44,179 nt of DNA from contig JAYOTF010000028.1 in assembly GCA_038150265.1 (NCBI GenBank), forward strand, positions 1-44,179. Direction: 5' to 3'. How positions within the stretch are numbered: the stretch's first letter is position 1; every line of letters starts with the position of its first letter. A program made the translations under genes and the position numbers. Of the stretch, positions 34,521-44,179 are shown piece by piece. The notes below the pieces were generated by a model, which was not told where the DNA came from, did no database searches, and saw only the letters and a program-made list of their open reading frames with translations. Source of the stretch: Deltaproteobacteria bacterium (lineage in GTDB: Bacteria > SAR324 > NAC60-12).

Positions 34521-36485
34521 TCAGTCATATTTGCGGGGACGAGGAGCGATCAAAGACGTATCCACCGCTTCGTAAGAAATGTCCGGGACACCGTGGGAGT
34601 AGTAGGCTCCGGAGGTGTCTTGCTTGGAGTACGAGGCAATGGTGGTCTTGAGCCACTTCTCATTGGTTGCTTCAAACTGCTGCATGTACGAGAGGTGCTC
34701 CGGAGTAAAGGCTCCGTCCGGAACGCCGCCGTTCTGCTTCAGCTTGATGTACTCAAGGTAGCTCTCAGGACGGAAGTCGCTGGGCTGATGCAAATCGTAG
34801 TCGGGCTTGTAGTGAGCGCCGCGGAACTCGTCCCGTAGCGCAGCCCCCTTGGCAATGACCTTGGAGAGCTGGATCATGTTCCAGAACTGGTTGATGTAGC
34901 TTGGCACCGGGTTGGTCCAGTCGGCGGTGTCCAGGCACTCCACATCGTGCCAGCGCTGCTCAATCTCCTCGATCTTCTCCAAAGTGGTTCCCAGCCGCTG
35001 ATTGTCACGGACGATCAGGACGTTGGACATCATGATGTCCGCCAGCTCCGACTGCAGGGCGTAGGGATTTTCCTTGCCCTTCATCTGCTTGATGCCGTCG
35101 TAGCGCTCCTTCCACTGCTGAGTCGCTCCATCAAAGAGGCTGGACGGGAGGTCTTCCGCAGCCTGCTTTTGGTTCTTGACGAAGTTGACCACTCCCGGAC
35201 CCATCATGAGGCCGGTGTAGATGCAGCTGAGCAGGGAGTTGGCGCCCAGACGGTTGGCTCCGTGATACTGATAATCGGCCTCTCCTGCCGCATAGAGTCC
35301 GTTGATGGACGTCATCTGGTTGCGCGGAGACGTGTGGTCGATGAGGCCTTCATCGGTGGGAGCAAAGTCTGTCCAGATGCCGCCCATGGAGTAGTGCACC
35401 GCCGGGAAGATTTCCATCGGCTCTTCCCGAGGATCAACGCCGGTGAACTTTTCGTAGATCTCCAGGATGCCACCGAGGCGCTGGTTGAGGAACTCGCGGC
35501 TCTTGTGGGTGAGGTCGAGGTAGACCTTCATGTCGCCATGAACCCCAAGTCCTCCGTTGACGCAGATGTCGTAAATCTCTCGAGAAGCGACGTCCCGCGG
35601 AACCAGGTTTCCGAACAGCGGGTACTTCTCTTCAAGGAAGTACAGGCGCTCGGCTTCCGGAATCTGCTTGGCGGTTCGGGTGTCACCGGCCTTGCGTGGC
35701 ACCCAGACGCGTCCGCCTTCTCCCCGGGCCGATTCAGACATGAGCCGCAGCTTGTCACGTCCCGGAATGGCGGAGGGGTGGATCTGAATGAACTCGCCGT
35801 TGGCGTACTTCGCCCCCTGGAGGTAGGCGGAGGTGGTGGCGGTTCCGGTACAGACCACGGAGTTGGTGGAGCGTCCGTAGACGAGTCCGGGACCTCCGGT
35901 GGCGAGGATGACGGCGTCTCCGCGTTCGGAGCGGATTTCGCCGGTACGCAGGTTGTGCACCACGGCGCCGACGCAGCGCTCATCGTCATCAAGCACGGCA
36001 CCGAGGTACTCGTGCCACTCCTGCTTTTCGACCAGGCCTTCGACTTCGAAGCGCCGGACCTGCTCATCGAGGGCGTAGAGGAGCTGCTGACCGGTGGTGG
36101 CGCCTGAGAAGGCGGTCCGGTGGTGCAGGGTGCCGCCAAAGCGCCGGAAGTCGAGGTTGCCCTCGGGCGTGCGGTTGAAGGGCACGCCCAGGCGGTCCAG
36201 CAGGTAGATGATGAACGGGGCGTGGTAACACATGTCCTTGCAGAGCGGCTGGTTTGCCAAAAAGTCACCGCCCTTGACCGTGTCGTAGAAGTGGATGTCC
36301 GGAGAGTCGCCCTCTCCCTTGATGTTCACGGCTCCGTTGATGCCCCCTTGGGCACAGACGGAGTGAGATCGTTTGACCGGCAGGAAGGACAACAGCAGGA
36401 CCTTCATGCCTTGCTCTGCGATCTTCATGGTTGCCGCCAATCCGGCCAGCCCGCCCCCGACAACGATCACTCTCTGATTGCTCAT
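34521..36485 (-). CDS. sdhA: Succinate dehydrogenase/fumarate reductase flavoprotein subunit
   Basis: GGGLAG, RSHSVCAQGG (covalent FAD His), EFIQIHP, HYSMGG, HGANRLGANSLL, EFRGAH. Confidence 0.97.
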   Translation of the reverse strand: MSNQRVIVVGGGLAGLAATMKIAEQGMKVLLLSFLPVKRSHSVCAQGGINGAVNIKGEGDSPDIHFYDTVKGGDFLANQPLCKDMCYHAPFIIYLLDRLGVPFNRTPEGNLDFRRFGGTLHHRTAFSGATTGQQLLYALDEQVRRFEVEGLVEKQEWHEYLGAVLDDDERCVGAVVHNLRTGEIRSERGDAVILATGGPGLVYGRSTNSVVCTGTATTSAYLQGAKYANGEFIQIHPSAIPGRDKLRLMSESARGEGGRVWVPRKAGDTRTAKQIPEAERLYFLEEKYPLFGNLVPRDVASREIYDICVNGGLGVHGDMKVYLDLTHKSREFLNQRLGGILEIYEKFTGVDPREEPMEIFPAVHYSMGGIWTDFAPTDEGLIDHTSPRNQMTSINGLYAAGEADYQYHGANRLGANSLLSCIYTGLMMGPGVVNFVKNQKQAAEDLPSSLFDGATQQWKERYDGIKQMKGKENPYALQSELADIMMSNVLIVRDNQRLGTTLEKIEEIEQRWHDVECLDTADWTNPVPSYINQFWNMIQLSKVIAKGAALRDEFRGAHYKPDYDLHQPSDFRPESYLEYIKLKQNGGVPDGAFTPEHLSYMQQFEATNEKWLKTTIASYSKQDTSGAYYSHGVPDISYEAVDTSLIAPRPRKYD

Positions 36486-36609
36486 AGCTTCTCCTGAGTC
36501 AGTTTGGAACCTGAACCTACCCTCACCTGAAGGTGCCTAACAATAGTAGTTGCAGGCTCGTTCGAGATCTCCAAGTATTTTTTTGTATCGATTCCCACAT
36601 GAGGGACGC

Positions 36610-37236
36610 TTACCAGATGGCGGAAAGCGCGTAATAGGTGCTGCCGGTCAACAGGACAAACAGCGCAATGCTGAGGGTCCGGACCTTGGCCTGAGCCTTG
36701 GGCGTGAGCGCAATCCCCCACGTCATGCAGAAGGTGTTCAGTCCATTGGAGAGGTGGAAGGTCGCCCCCAGGATGCCCAGCGCGTACACCGTCTTGGTGA
36801 TGATGCCGGAATCCGGATCGCCGAAGCCCTCTGCGAGGTGTCCGTAGTGATCCGCGGCACAGTCGGCAAAGCAGCCGGCGCCCGGAGCAAACTTGGCGTT
36901 GGCGAGGTGAGCAATGATGAACAGGAACACCCCAACGCCACTGACGCGCTGCAGCCAGTACAGGAGGTGTCCAAAAAACTGATAGGTCGGCTGAACGTTG
37001 GCCTCAAAGGAAAGCTTGACCCCTAGCAACGAGTGGTAAAAGAGGGGCAGGTACACCAACAGAATCAGGATCCAGGTCGACAGAGGGCTGTCATAAAAAC
37101 CATTGACTCGGGAGTTGTACCCGTCGGCCCCTGCGTGCAGGTAGAGCTGACCGTAAAGGTGGTAGACAAGGAACAGCCCCACAGGCACCACTCCGGTGAT
37201 ACTGTGTAGACGACGTGAGAGAAAGGTTGAGTCCAT
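36610..37236 (-). CDS. sdhC: Succinate dehydrogenase cytochrome b558 subunit (single-subunit anchor, Bacillus/delta type)
   Basis: Start MDSTFLSRRLHSITGVVP. His ligands in HL, FYHS, IAHL, FHLSNGL..FC.TWGI. Five TM helices. Confidence 0.92.
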   Translation of the reverse strand: MDSTFLSRRLHSITGVVPVGLFLVYHLYGQLYLHAGADGYNSRVNGFYDSPLSTWILILLVYLPLFYHSLLGVKLSFEANVQPTYQFFGHLLYWLQRVSGVGVFLFIIAHLANAKFAPGAGCFADCAADHYGHLAEGFGDPDSGIITKTVYALGILGATFHLSNGLNTFCMTWGIALTPKAQAKVRTLSIALFVLLTGSTYYALSAIW

Positions 37237-37390
37237 AGCGTTTCCTGAAGAGTGAATGTTAGTCCCCTGGGCGGATAATCTGTGAAAACCCGCGTCAAAG
37301 GTCAATCTGAAAGTCTTGAGGACACGCTGGGAGCCTGAGGCCGGAGGGGGCCGCCGGGTCGCAGGACCCGACGGAGCCGAGGAAGGAAGG

Positions 37391-40042
37391 TCAGGTGGAC
37401 TTGAGAAGCGCCAGTGGTTTTTGCTGCAAGACGCTGCGGGCTGCAAACAGGGCGACGCCCATGCCGAGCAGGGTGACGACGGCGATGCTGCCCAGGCTCG
37501 CCTGCCAGGCAAGCTCCCAGAGGCTTTCAAAGAATTGCCACGCGAGGGCATACGACATCGCCAGACTCAGCAGCACCCCAAAGGCGGCAGCGAGGAAGCT
37601 GAGGAGCCCAAACTCGAGCAGAATCATCCCCCGGATGTCCTTGAAGCGGGCGCCGAGGACCTTGAGGAGGTTGATCTCCCAGACGCGCCGGAGGACCTCG
37701 TAGCGCGCAATGGAGAACACCACCACCAGCCCCGCCAGGATCGACAGGTAGGCCATCAGCTTGATCGCCAGGCTCATCTGGTCCGAAATTTCCAGCACCC
37801 GGGAAACGATGCGGGTGACATCAATCACCGAGACGTTCGGGTACTCCCGGGCAACAATGTTCTGAATGTCCAGCCGCTGCTCATCATTGAGTCCGGAGAT
37901 GGAACCAATGAAGCTGGCCGGCGCATCTTCCAGCACCCCCATCTGAAAGAGGACAAAGAAGTTGGGCTGAAAGCTGTTCCACTTGACCTGACGGAGGTTG
38001 ACGACCACGGCATCAATGGGGATGCCCTGGACGTCAAAGCGCAGCTCGTCCCCGATCGCCAGCCCCATCCGGGAGGCAAAACGCTCTTCCAGCGACACCT
38101 CTGCTGGCGCACCCGAGGCAAAGTCGTAGGTGGACGCCAGAGGACGCCCTTCCACAATGGACTCGGAGTTGGAAAGCTCCGGACGGTAGGAGACGTTCAG
38201 GCCCCGGGAACGGAAGCGCTGCTCCTGCTCCTGCTCACGGGTCAGCATCTGAGACGATTCCTGCTCCTGATTGTAGGCGGCGCCATTGACGGACTCCAGC
38301 CGAGCCCGGATGAGCGGCGAGATGCGGTCGACCTGGGTGCCCCAGGACTCCAGTCGCGCCTGCAACGGCTCGACCTGCTCCGGCTGGATGTCGAACATGA
38401 ACAGGCTCGGCACCTTGAAGCCGGCCGGCCGGGAGACTTCAGACTGAATGCCTTGCTGAATCTGCGGAATGAGGCTGACCAGGAGGGTTCCGACGGCAAT
38501 GGCCAGGAAGCAGGAAAGGGCCCCCAGTCGGTTCCGGGACAGGTTTCGGAAGGCCAGCCGCGTTGTGGGGTGTGACCCCTTTCCGAACCGCCCCAGCAGC
38601 GACAGCAGGCCCCAGGCCAGGGCCCCGAGGATGAGGATGCAGACCACCAGCAGAGCAATGAAGAGCGACCCCACCAGAAGGGACTGCGACTGCCACATGG
38701 CCAGCAGCCAGTAGGTCACGAGCAGCGGGACGTAGCTGAGCACCTGCTGCACTCGGAAGCGCGTGGGCGCTCGTCCCACATCGAGGTGCTCATTGAAGAG
38801 CGTCAGAGGCTGCAGGGTCTGCAGGCGCTGCAGCACCGGAAGGCAGAAGACGATGCTGCCCAGCGACCCCATGGCGAGCGCAAGCCACAGGCTCCGGAGG
38901 TTGATGGTGCTTTCAAATCCGCGGGGCAGGAACTCCTCAAGCAGCAAGGGCAGGGCTGGAAGCAGCAGCAGCGAGACGACCACAGCCGTGGCTGCCGCAG
39001 CGGTGCCCAGCAGAAACAGCTGCCAGAGCACAACCTGAATCGTCTCCCGGCGCTGAGCGCCCAGGCTCATCAGAACCGCCATCTCCCGGAAGCGCTCGCG
39101 GAGGAAGCTCCGGAACAGGTACGCGGCGCCGATGCTGGCCAGGAAGAGGGCAATGAGGGCAATGAGGCCGAGGTAGTCGTTCAGGTAGCCCAGCACGCGG
39201 CCCAGGTTTTCGCTGGCATCCTCATGGGTCCGGACGCGGATGCGGTTTTCCTTGGCAAACTGCTCCCGGGCAAAAGCCTCCATGTCGAGCTCCAGCTGCG
39301 CAATGTCCGGAACCGGCCCGAGCTTGTAGAGCCGTTCGTAGTTGACGCGGCTCTTGTTGGTCAGGAGCCCGGTCTCTTCAACCTGAGGCAGCCCAATGTA
39401 CACCCGGGGGGCCACACCGAAGGTGTTGAAGGCGCTGCTGGGGTCTTCGAGCACCGTGTCTGCAATGGTGAATTCCTGGTCGCCGAGCTTGAGCGTGTCC
39501 CCGATCTTCAGGCCCAGCATGGGAAGCAGCTCCGGGTACACCCAGAGTTGGCCTTCCTGCACCAACTGCTGCTGCACAGCGGCTGGGTCGACCGTTCCCT
39601 GTTGGCCCAAGACCAGCTTGCCATAGAAGGGGTAGCCGGATTCAACCGCCACGAGCTGGATGAGGCGGGACTGCTCGGGTCCGGAGCCCATTGTCACAAA
39701 CGAGACCTTCCGGGTCAGCTCCCACGAGCCCGGAAGCTGACGCTCCATGCCCGCCTGCTGCTCTTCGGTCATGGGCGCGCGGGAGACAACCGCGAGGTCG
39801 GCACCCAGGATGGCCTTGGAGTTTCGGGTCAGGTGCCGGTCCAGGGACGTCTGAAAGGAGTCCAGCGCAATGAAGCCCGCGAGGCCAAGGGCGAGGTTCA
39901 GGATGAAGAAGAGGCTGAAGCGCCGGTGGTTGAACAGCTCCTTGAGGGCCAGCCGAAACCACAGTCGACTCCGGGAAGGAGGAGGGTAGGGGCGGTTGCG
40001 AGGGCCAGACGCGGAGGCATTTGCAGGAAGCGGATGGTTCAT
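37391..40042 (-). CDS. FtsX-like ABC transporter permease (YbbP-like, duplicated MacB/FtsX architecture)
   Basis: ILGADL, YPFYG, two 4-TM FtsX blocks (REMAVLMSLGA; EINLLKVLGA), PSLFMFDIQ, R.V.W.SFQPNFF. Confidence 0.88.
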   Translation of the reverse strand: MNHPLPANASASGPRNRPYPPPSRSRLWFRLALKELFNHRRFSLFFILNLALGLAGFIALDSFQTSLDRHLTRNSKAILGADLAVVSRAPMTEEQQAGMERQLPGSWELTRKVSFVTMGSGPEQSRLIQLVAVESGYPFYGKLVLGQQGTVDPAAVQQQLVQEGQLWVYPELLPMLGLKIGDTLKLGDQEFTIADTVLEDPSSAFNTFGVAPRVYIGLPQVEETGLLTNKSRVNYERLYKLGPVPDIAQLELDMEAFAREQFAKENRIRVRTHEDASENLGRVLGYLNDYLGLIALIALFLASIGAAYLFRSFLRERFREMAVLMSLGAQRRETIQVVLWQLFLLGTAAAATAVVVSLLLLPALPLLLEEFLPRGFESTINLRSLWLALAMGSLGSIVFCLPVLQRLQTLQPLTLFNEHLDVGRAPTRFRVQQVLSYVPLLVTYWLLAMWQSQSLLVGSLFIALLVVCILILGALAWGLLSLLGRFGKGSHPTTRLAFRNLSRNRLGALSCFLAIAVGTLLVSLIPQIQQGIQSEVSRPAGFKVPSLFMFDIQPEQVEPLQARLESWGTQVDRISPLIRARLESVNGAAYNQEQESSQMLTREQEQEQRFRSRGLNVSYRPELSNSESIVEGRPLASTYDFASGAPAEVSLEERFASRMGLAIGDELRFDVQGIPIDAVVVNLRQVKWNSFQPNFFVLFQMGVLEDAPASFIGSISGLNDEQRLDIQNIVAREYPNVSVIDVTRIVSRVLEISDQMSLAIKLMAYLSILAGLVVVFSIARYEVLRRVWEINLLKVLGARFKDIRGMILLEFGLLSFLAAAFGVLLSLAMSYALAWQFFESLWELAWQASLGSIAVVTLLGMGVALFAARSVLQQKPLALLKST

Positions 40043-40704
40043 TGCAGGGCTCCCTGCTGCAGGGTCAGTTGCCGCCCACAGCGGTCGGCGAGCTGATTGT
40101 TGTGAGTGACGAGGACCATGGTCATGCCCGTGCGTTCCACCAGCTCAAAGAGGAGGTCGGCCACCTGGTCCCCTGTGGCCTGGTCGAGGTTGCCGGTGGG
40201 CTCATCGGCAAGCAGCAGGGCGGGTTGAATGACAATCGCCCGGGCAATGGCCACCCGTTGGCACTCGCCGCCGCTCATCTGGTGGGGAAAGTGATCTTCC
40301 CGGTGCGAGAGTCCGACTTCCTTCAGGGCCTGGGCAGCCTGGGCCTCGGCGTCGGCAACGCCGGCCATTTCCAACGGAAGCGCCACATTTTCCAGAGCGC
40401 TCAGGTGCTGCATGAGGTGAAACTGCTGGAAGATGATGCCGATGTTTTCCGCCCGGAACTGCGTCAGGGTTTCTTCATCCATCTGCCCCAGCTCGGAACC
40501 GCGTAGCTTCAGTGATCCGGAGGTCGGGTGATCGAGTCCGGCCATCAGGGAAAGGAGGGTCGATTTTCCACTCCCGGATTGTCCAATGATGGCCACGGTG
40601 TCTCGCTCTTCGACGTTCAACTGAAGGTCCTTGAGCACATGAACCGAGGCGGCGTTGCTGGTGTGAGCAAAGGACTTGCTGAGGTTCTCGATTTGAAGAA
40701 TCAC
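40039..40704 (-). CDS. ABC transporter ATP-binding protein (YbbA/LolD-like)
   Basis: GQSGSGKST, FQQFHL, MSGGECQRVAIAR, ADEPTGNLD, VTH. GTG start at 40704 after a CAGGAG RBS. Confidence 0.92.
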   Translation of the reverse strand: MILQIENLSKSFAHTSNAASVHVLKDLQLNVEERDTVAIIGQSGSGKSTLLSLMAGLDHPTSGSLKLRGSELGQMDEETLTQFRAENIGIIFQQFHLMQHLSALENVALPLEMAGVADAEAQAAQALKEVGLSHREDHFPHQMSGGECQRVAIARAIVIQPALLLADEPTGNLDQATGDQVADLLFELVERTGMTMVLVTHNNQLADRCGRQLTLQQGALQ

Positions 40705-40912
40705 GAAAAGCTCCTGAGAGAGAGTCAAGGTTGGAGGATGCTTCCAGTGTACGCTTCAGGGGGGTAAACGCAACGGTGGGGATGCTCTAAGTTGTTGATT
40801 TGTGTTTCAGTTTGTTGCGCCTTTCCCGCAACTGTGGTGGGATGCGAGCCTGTCTTTTTCAGCAGCCTGGCTGCAGGCTGCTGAAGCAAACCAAACGGGA
40901 CTTCTGGAACTG

Positions 40913-42118
40913 ATGAAACACACAGATGTTTTGATCGTGGGCGGTGGCATTGTGGGGCTGGCCACGGCGTATCAATTGACGCAGGCGCATCCTCGCGTGC
41001 GGGTGACCATTCTGGAAAAGGAAGAGGCGGTGGCCCAGCACCAGACCGGGCATAACTCGGGCGTGCTGCACACCGGAATTTATTACAAGCCGGGCTCCCT
41101 GAAGGCCAAGAACTGCCGAGAGGGCAAGGTCCGGATGGAGGCGTTTTGCGCAGAGCATCACCTTCCTCATGAGCGGTGTGGCAAGGTGATTGTCGCCACG
41201 CGTGAAGAGGAGCTCCCGGCGCTGGAGAACATCTATCAGCGTGGGCAGTCCAACGGGGTGGTCTGTGAAAAGATCACTCCGGAGCGCCTCCGAGAGCTGG
41301 AGCCTCATGTGGCTGGAGTGGCAGCCCTGCATGTCCCGGAAGCCGGGATTACGGACTACACGGCGGTGTGCCGGTGCCTGGAGGAACAGGTCCGAGCCGC
41401 TGGGGGAGATGTGGTCTTTGGCGCAGAGGTGATTGCGCTGTACCCGGGCGTCCACGTGGTTGCGGAAACCACAGCGGGAGACTTCGAAGGACGGATCCTC
41501 ATCAACTGTGCCGGGCTTTACTCGGATCGGGTGACCGCGCTCACCGAGGCTCCGGAGCATCAGATCATTCCCTTCCGGGGGGAGTACTTTGAGGTCCGTC
41601 CGGAGGCCCAGCACCTGTGCAAGAACCTGATCTATCCGGTTCCGGACCCGAGTTTCCCGTTTCTGGGAGTGCACTTCACCCGGATGATTCAAGGCGGGGT
41701 GGAGTGTGGCCCCAATGCGGTGCTGGCGTTTGCCCGAGAGGGGTACACGCGCACCACGGTGGAGTGGCGGGACCTGTTTGAGACGCTGAGCTATCCGGGG
41801 TTCCTCAAGCTGGCCCAGAAGTACTGGAAGACGGGGCTGGGTGAGCTGTGGCGTTCCTTCAACAAGCAGGCGTTTGTGAAGGCGCTGCAGGTGCTGGTTC
41901 CGGAAATTGAGGCCCGGCACCTGGAAGCGGCACCCGCAGGAATCCGGGCGCAGGCGGTGCTGGCGGATGGGCGGCTGGTGGATGACTTCCTGATTCAGCA
42001 ACACGCGAACGTGGTGCATGTTGGCAATGCCCCTTCACCGGCCGCCACCTCGTCCCTGAACATTGGGCGGTTGGTTGTGGAAACCCTTGAGGATCAGTTG
42101 GTCGAGGTCGCGGGCTGA
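40913..42118 (+). CDS. lhgO: L-2-hydroxyglutarate oxidase
   Basis: Start [68 protein letters not shown]. Confidence 0.92.
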   Translation: MKHTDVLIVGGGIVGLATAYQLTQAHPRVRVTILEKEEAVAQHQTGHNSGVLHTGIYYKPGSLKAKNCREGKVRMEAFCAEHHLPHERCGKVIVATREEELPALENIYQRGQSNGVVCEKITPERLRELEPHVAGVAALHVPEAGITDYTAVCRCLEEQVRAAGGDVVFGAEVIALYPGVHVVAETTAGDFEGRILINCAGLYSDRVTALTEAPEHQIIPFRGEYFEVRPEAQHLCKNLIYPVPDPSFPFLGVHFTRMIQGGVECGPNAVLAFAREGYTRTTVEWRDLFETLSYPGFLKLAQKYWKTGLGELWRSFNKQAFVKALQVLVPEIEARHLEAAPAGIRAQAVLADGRLVDDFLIQQHANVVHVGNAPSPAATSSLNIGRLVVETLEDQLVEVAG

Positions 42119-43632
42119 AGGGTCACGGTGCGTCGGAAGTGCTTCTCGAAGAGCTTCTTCTTGCGCTGCAGGGCCCACTCGGCCAGCATGAGGTCACTGT
42201 GTCCGGAAAGGAACAGGTTTGCCTCCGTGTTGCTGACCGAGGCACTCAGGGCCTGGACGTGGGAGTCGTGACCTCGGTCAAGGGCATCGGCCACCCGGAG
42301 GAGGGCGGTGAGGGACTTGATGCTCTGCCGCTGCTGAAGGTCGAGGCGTGCGTACTCACGCAGCTTGGTGGACGGCGTGCCAGAGGCGTGGAAGCGGGAA
42401 ATGAGGGCCACCATCTGCCGCTCGGTGTTGGTCAATCCGACCAGTTCCGAGTTCTGGATCAGGTACATGGAGTGGTGCGGGTGGTCCGAGGGGCGGATGA
42501 AGCGCCCCACGTCATGCAGGATCGCGGCAACCTCAAACAGGGTGCGGTACCGAGGAGTCAGCTGATGCAGGCTCTGGGTGCCATCGTAGAGCTGCAGGCC
42601 CAGGCGCCGGACCGTTTCGGCGTGGTTCATGTCGGCATTGTACTTGCGAGCATAGTACAGGGCCGAGTGGAGGATCTGCTCATGGGCGTTGGTGGGCTCG
42701 GCCCCCACCACGCGCTCCAGCATTTCATCGAGAATGCCATCACGGAGGCCTGCGGTGGGAATGTGGAGCGCCGGGCACCCGGAGACGCGGAGCAGGTTTT
42801 CAAAGACCAGGATGGCGGGCAGAATGACATCGGCGCGGTCCGGGTTCATGCCCAGGACCTCCTGCCGTCCCTTGAGGTCGTGCTTGAAGATGTGCTTCTT
42901 GACCTTCTGGAACGCGGCCCGGTCGAGGACGCAGACGCCTTCGTGAAACGCTGGCCCCTGGAGCTGCTCGGCAGAGAGCTTGCCAAGCGCTGTGGCGTTT
43001 CCACCTGTGATGATGAGGCGGTTGAGGCTCCGGAAGCGGGTCCGGGACTTGATGTAGGTCATGAACTCGGCGAGGTAGGACTTGGCCCAACGGAGGAAGG
43101 CCTTTTCCTGCTCGGCGGAGTAGGGGAACATCTTCAGCATCCGGACGGTGCCCACGCGGAAGGACTCGGCAAACTGGATCTCTCCGTTGGTCAGCAGAGA
43201 AATTTCGAGGCTTCCTCCCCCCAGGTCGGCCATCAGCACGTTGCCTTCAGACACCTCGACCATGCGCCCAACTGCTCGCTGCAGCAGCGAGGCCTCCTTT
43301 CCGCCAGAGATGGTCTCGAGGCGGATGCCGGTTTCATGCTCAAGGAGCTCAATGACTTCTTCCTGGTTGGCGGTTTCCCGGACCGCGCTGGTGCAGTAGG
43401 CACAGATTTCGGAAGCTCCGTTCTGCTCCAGGGTGCGCTGGTAGACCGTGAGCGCGTCCACGAGTCGCTGAATGGTTTCTTCTGAAAGGTAGCCCTGCCC
43501 GAAGACATCTTCTCCGAGGCGAACGGGGGTTCGGTTTTTTTCAATCAGTTCAATGCGTCGGTCGGCGGTCAACCGGGCGCACACCATCCGGATGGCATTG
43601 GAACCGACATCAATTGCCCCAACGATTTTCAT
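42094..43632 (-). CDS. ppx: Exopolyphosphatase / pppGpp phosphohydrolase (Ppx/GppA family with HD domain)
   Basis: [54 protein letters not shown]. Confidence 0.93.
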   Translation of the reverse strand: MKIVGAIDVGSNAIRMVCARLTADRRIELIEKNRTPVRLGEDVFGQGYLSEETIQRLVDALTVYQRTLEQNGASEICAYCTSAVRETANQEEVIELLEHETGIRLETISGGKEASLLQRAVGRMVEVSEGNVLMADLGGGSLEISLLTNGEIQFAESFRVGTVRMLKMFPYSAEQEKAFLRWAKSYLAEFMTYIKSRTRFRSLNRLIITGGNATALGKLSAEQLQGPAFHEGVCVLDRAAFQKVKKHIFKHDLKGRQEVLGMNPDRADVILPAILVFENLLRVSGCPALHIPTAGLRDGILDEMLERVVGAEPTNAHEQILHSALYYARKYNADMNHAETVRRLGLQLYDGTQSLHQLTPRYRTLFEVAAILHDVGRFIRPSDHPHHSMYLIQNSELVGLTNTERQMVALISRFHASGTPSTKLREYARLDLQQRQSIKSLTALLRVADALDRGHDSHVQALSASVSNTEANLFLSGHSDLMLAEWALQRKKKLFEKHFRRTVTLQPATSTN

Positions 43633-43700
43633 GACGTGATTTGCTTTGAATGAGTAATGGCGATGGGGTCGCCGGGTCTGAGACTCAGGAAATAAGGCGG

Positions 43701-44179
43701 TTATGGTTTAGGGTGCTGCCAGACACTAGAGGCGGTTTCAATTTGTGCCCGCTTCCGAATCAGCTCTAACACATCCAAGTCGCCTTTTTGATCTTCAGCA
43801 GGAGCAAACAGGGCCTTTCCACGTTCATCAACGTTTTCGGGAGGGATGGTGAGGTAGTACACGGCCAAACTTTTCCGAAGCTGGTCATCAGGGCACTGAA
43901 TGGGGTCTGGAAGCCCATGCCAGCTGTTGCAGGTCGTGTCAAAAATAACGGCACGATTGAACCGAGGCTCAATCACTTTTTTTAGGGCTCCAGGCTCCTG
44001 AGAGCTTTCATTTCCCCAAAGACCCAGTCCGCCTCCCCATTGAGGGTCCCAACTTGAGTTGAGATAAATGATGATGTTGATTTTGCGCTGAAAGCGAATT
44101 TTGGGGTGGATGGAGTAGTCCAGGTGTGTATTGAGCTTTCCTCCTTGTTTGTGGATGTGCCAACCGCCTCCGTTTAGAC
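43701..44179 (-). CDS. 2OG-Fe(II) oxygenase (prolyl-hydroxylase-like), 5' truncated by the window edge
   Basis: Open from the window end: LNGGGWHIHKQGGKLNTHLDYSIHP...RKINIIIYLN..W...WGG.L.LW...PRFNRAVIF....SWHG...RKSLAVYY (HxD...H...RxS). Confidence 0.88.
   Translation of the reverse strand, partial: LNGGGWHIHKQGGKLNTHLDYSIHPKIRFQRKINIIIYLNSSWDPQWGGGLGLWGNESSQEPGALKKVIEPRFNRAVIFDTTCNSWHGLPDPIQCPDDQLRKSLAVYYLTIPPENVDERGKALFAPAEDQKGDLDVLELIRKRAQIETASSVWQHPKP

Noticed and set aside
36482..36721. 79-aa ORF bridging sdhC and sdhA as a possible sdhD
   Set aside because: It has no TM helices or His ligands and overlaps sdhC out of frame. SdhC here is the single five-TM b558 anchor.
37391..40704. 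ybbAP-like ABC system lacking the usual divergent tesA arylesterase
   Set aside because: The partner may simply be elsewhere in the genome. Nothing in this window supports a novel role.
33763..44179. Functional link among sdhCAB, lhgO and the 2OG oxygenase (2OG/succinate/L-2-HG cycle)
   Set aside because: The genes are in separate transcription units with unrelated genes between them. Adjacency alone is insufficient evidence.

Overview
A gene-dense, GC-rich bacterial chromosomal segment. I could not support any tRNA/rRNA, transposase, integrase or CRISPR array. The housekeeping backbone is dacA-like PBP, cobI and a cbiG-cobJ fusion, dppABC, lysA, pgk, Bacillus/delta-type sdhCAB, ybbAP-like ABC, lhgO and ppx. 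It suggests a Gram-negative, probably non-alphaproteobacterial host such as a SAR324/deltaproteobacterium-like lineage (inference only). The main result is a ~15 kb catabolic locus (5590-20602). Its core looks like the sulfoquinovose monooxygenase (sulfo-SMO) pathway: smoC LLM monooxygenase, smoB aldo-keto reductase, smoA flavin reductase and a divergent GntR regulator. A Gfo/Idh/MocA-fold protein resembling the NAD+-dependent GH188 sulfoquinovosidase SqgA stands in for the usual GH31 enzyme. The locus has unusual additions: a sugar ABC importer whose binding protein does not look like SmoF and looks more like AguE uronide binders, a downstream PhyH-type Fe(II)/2OG dioxygenase plus three more Gfo/Idh/MocA oxidoreductases, and an uncharacterised outer-membrane beta-barrel right after sqgA. 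Other items of note are a structured leader and a pair of 54-bp REP-like repeats upstream of cobI, a Zn-ribbon protein with an apparently inactivated GIY-YIG domain, a DUF2254-like membrane protein ending in a PilZN-like domain, an unlisted 47-aa ORF with a hydrophobic N-terminus, and a Cys-repeat lipoprotein. Family assignments come from motif recognition and recalled reference proteins, not from database searches.
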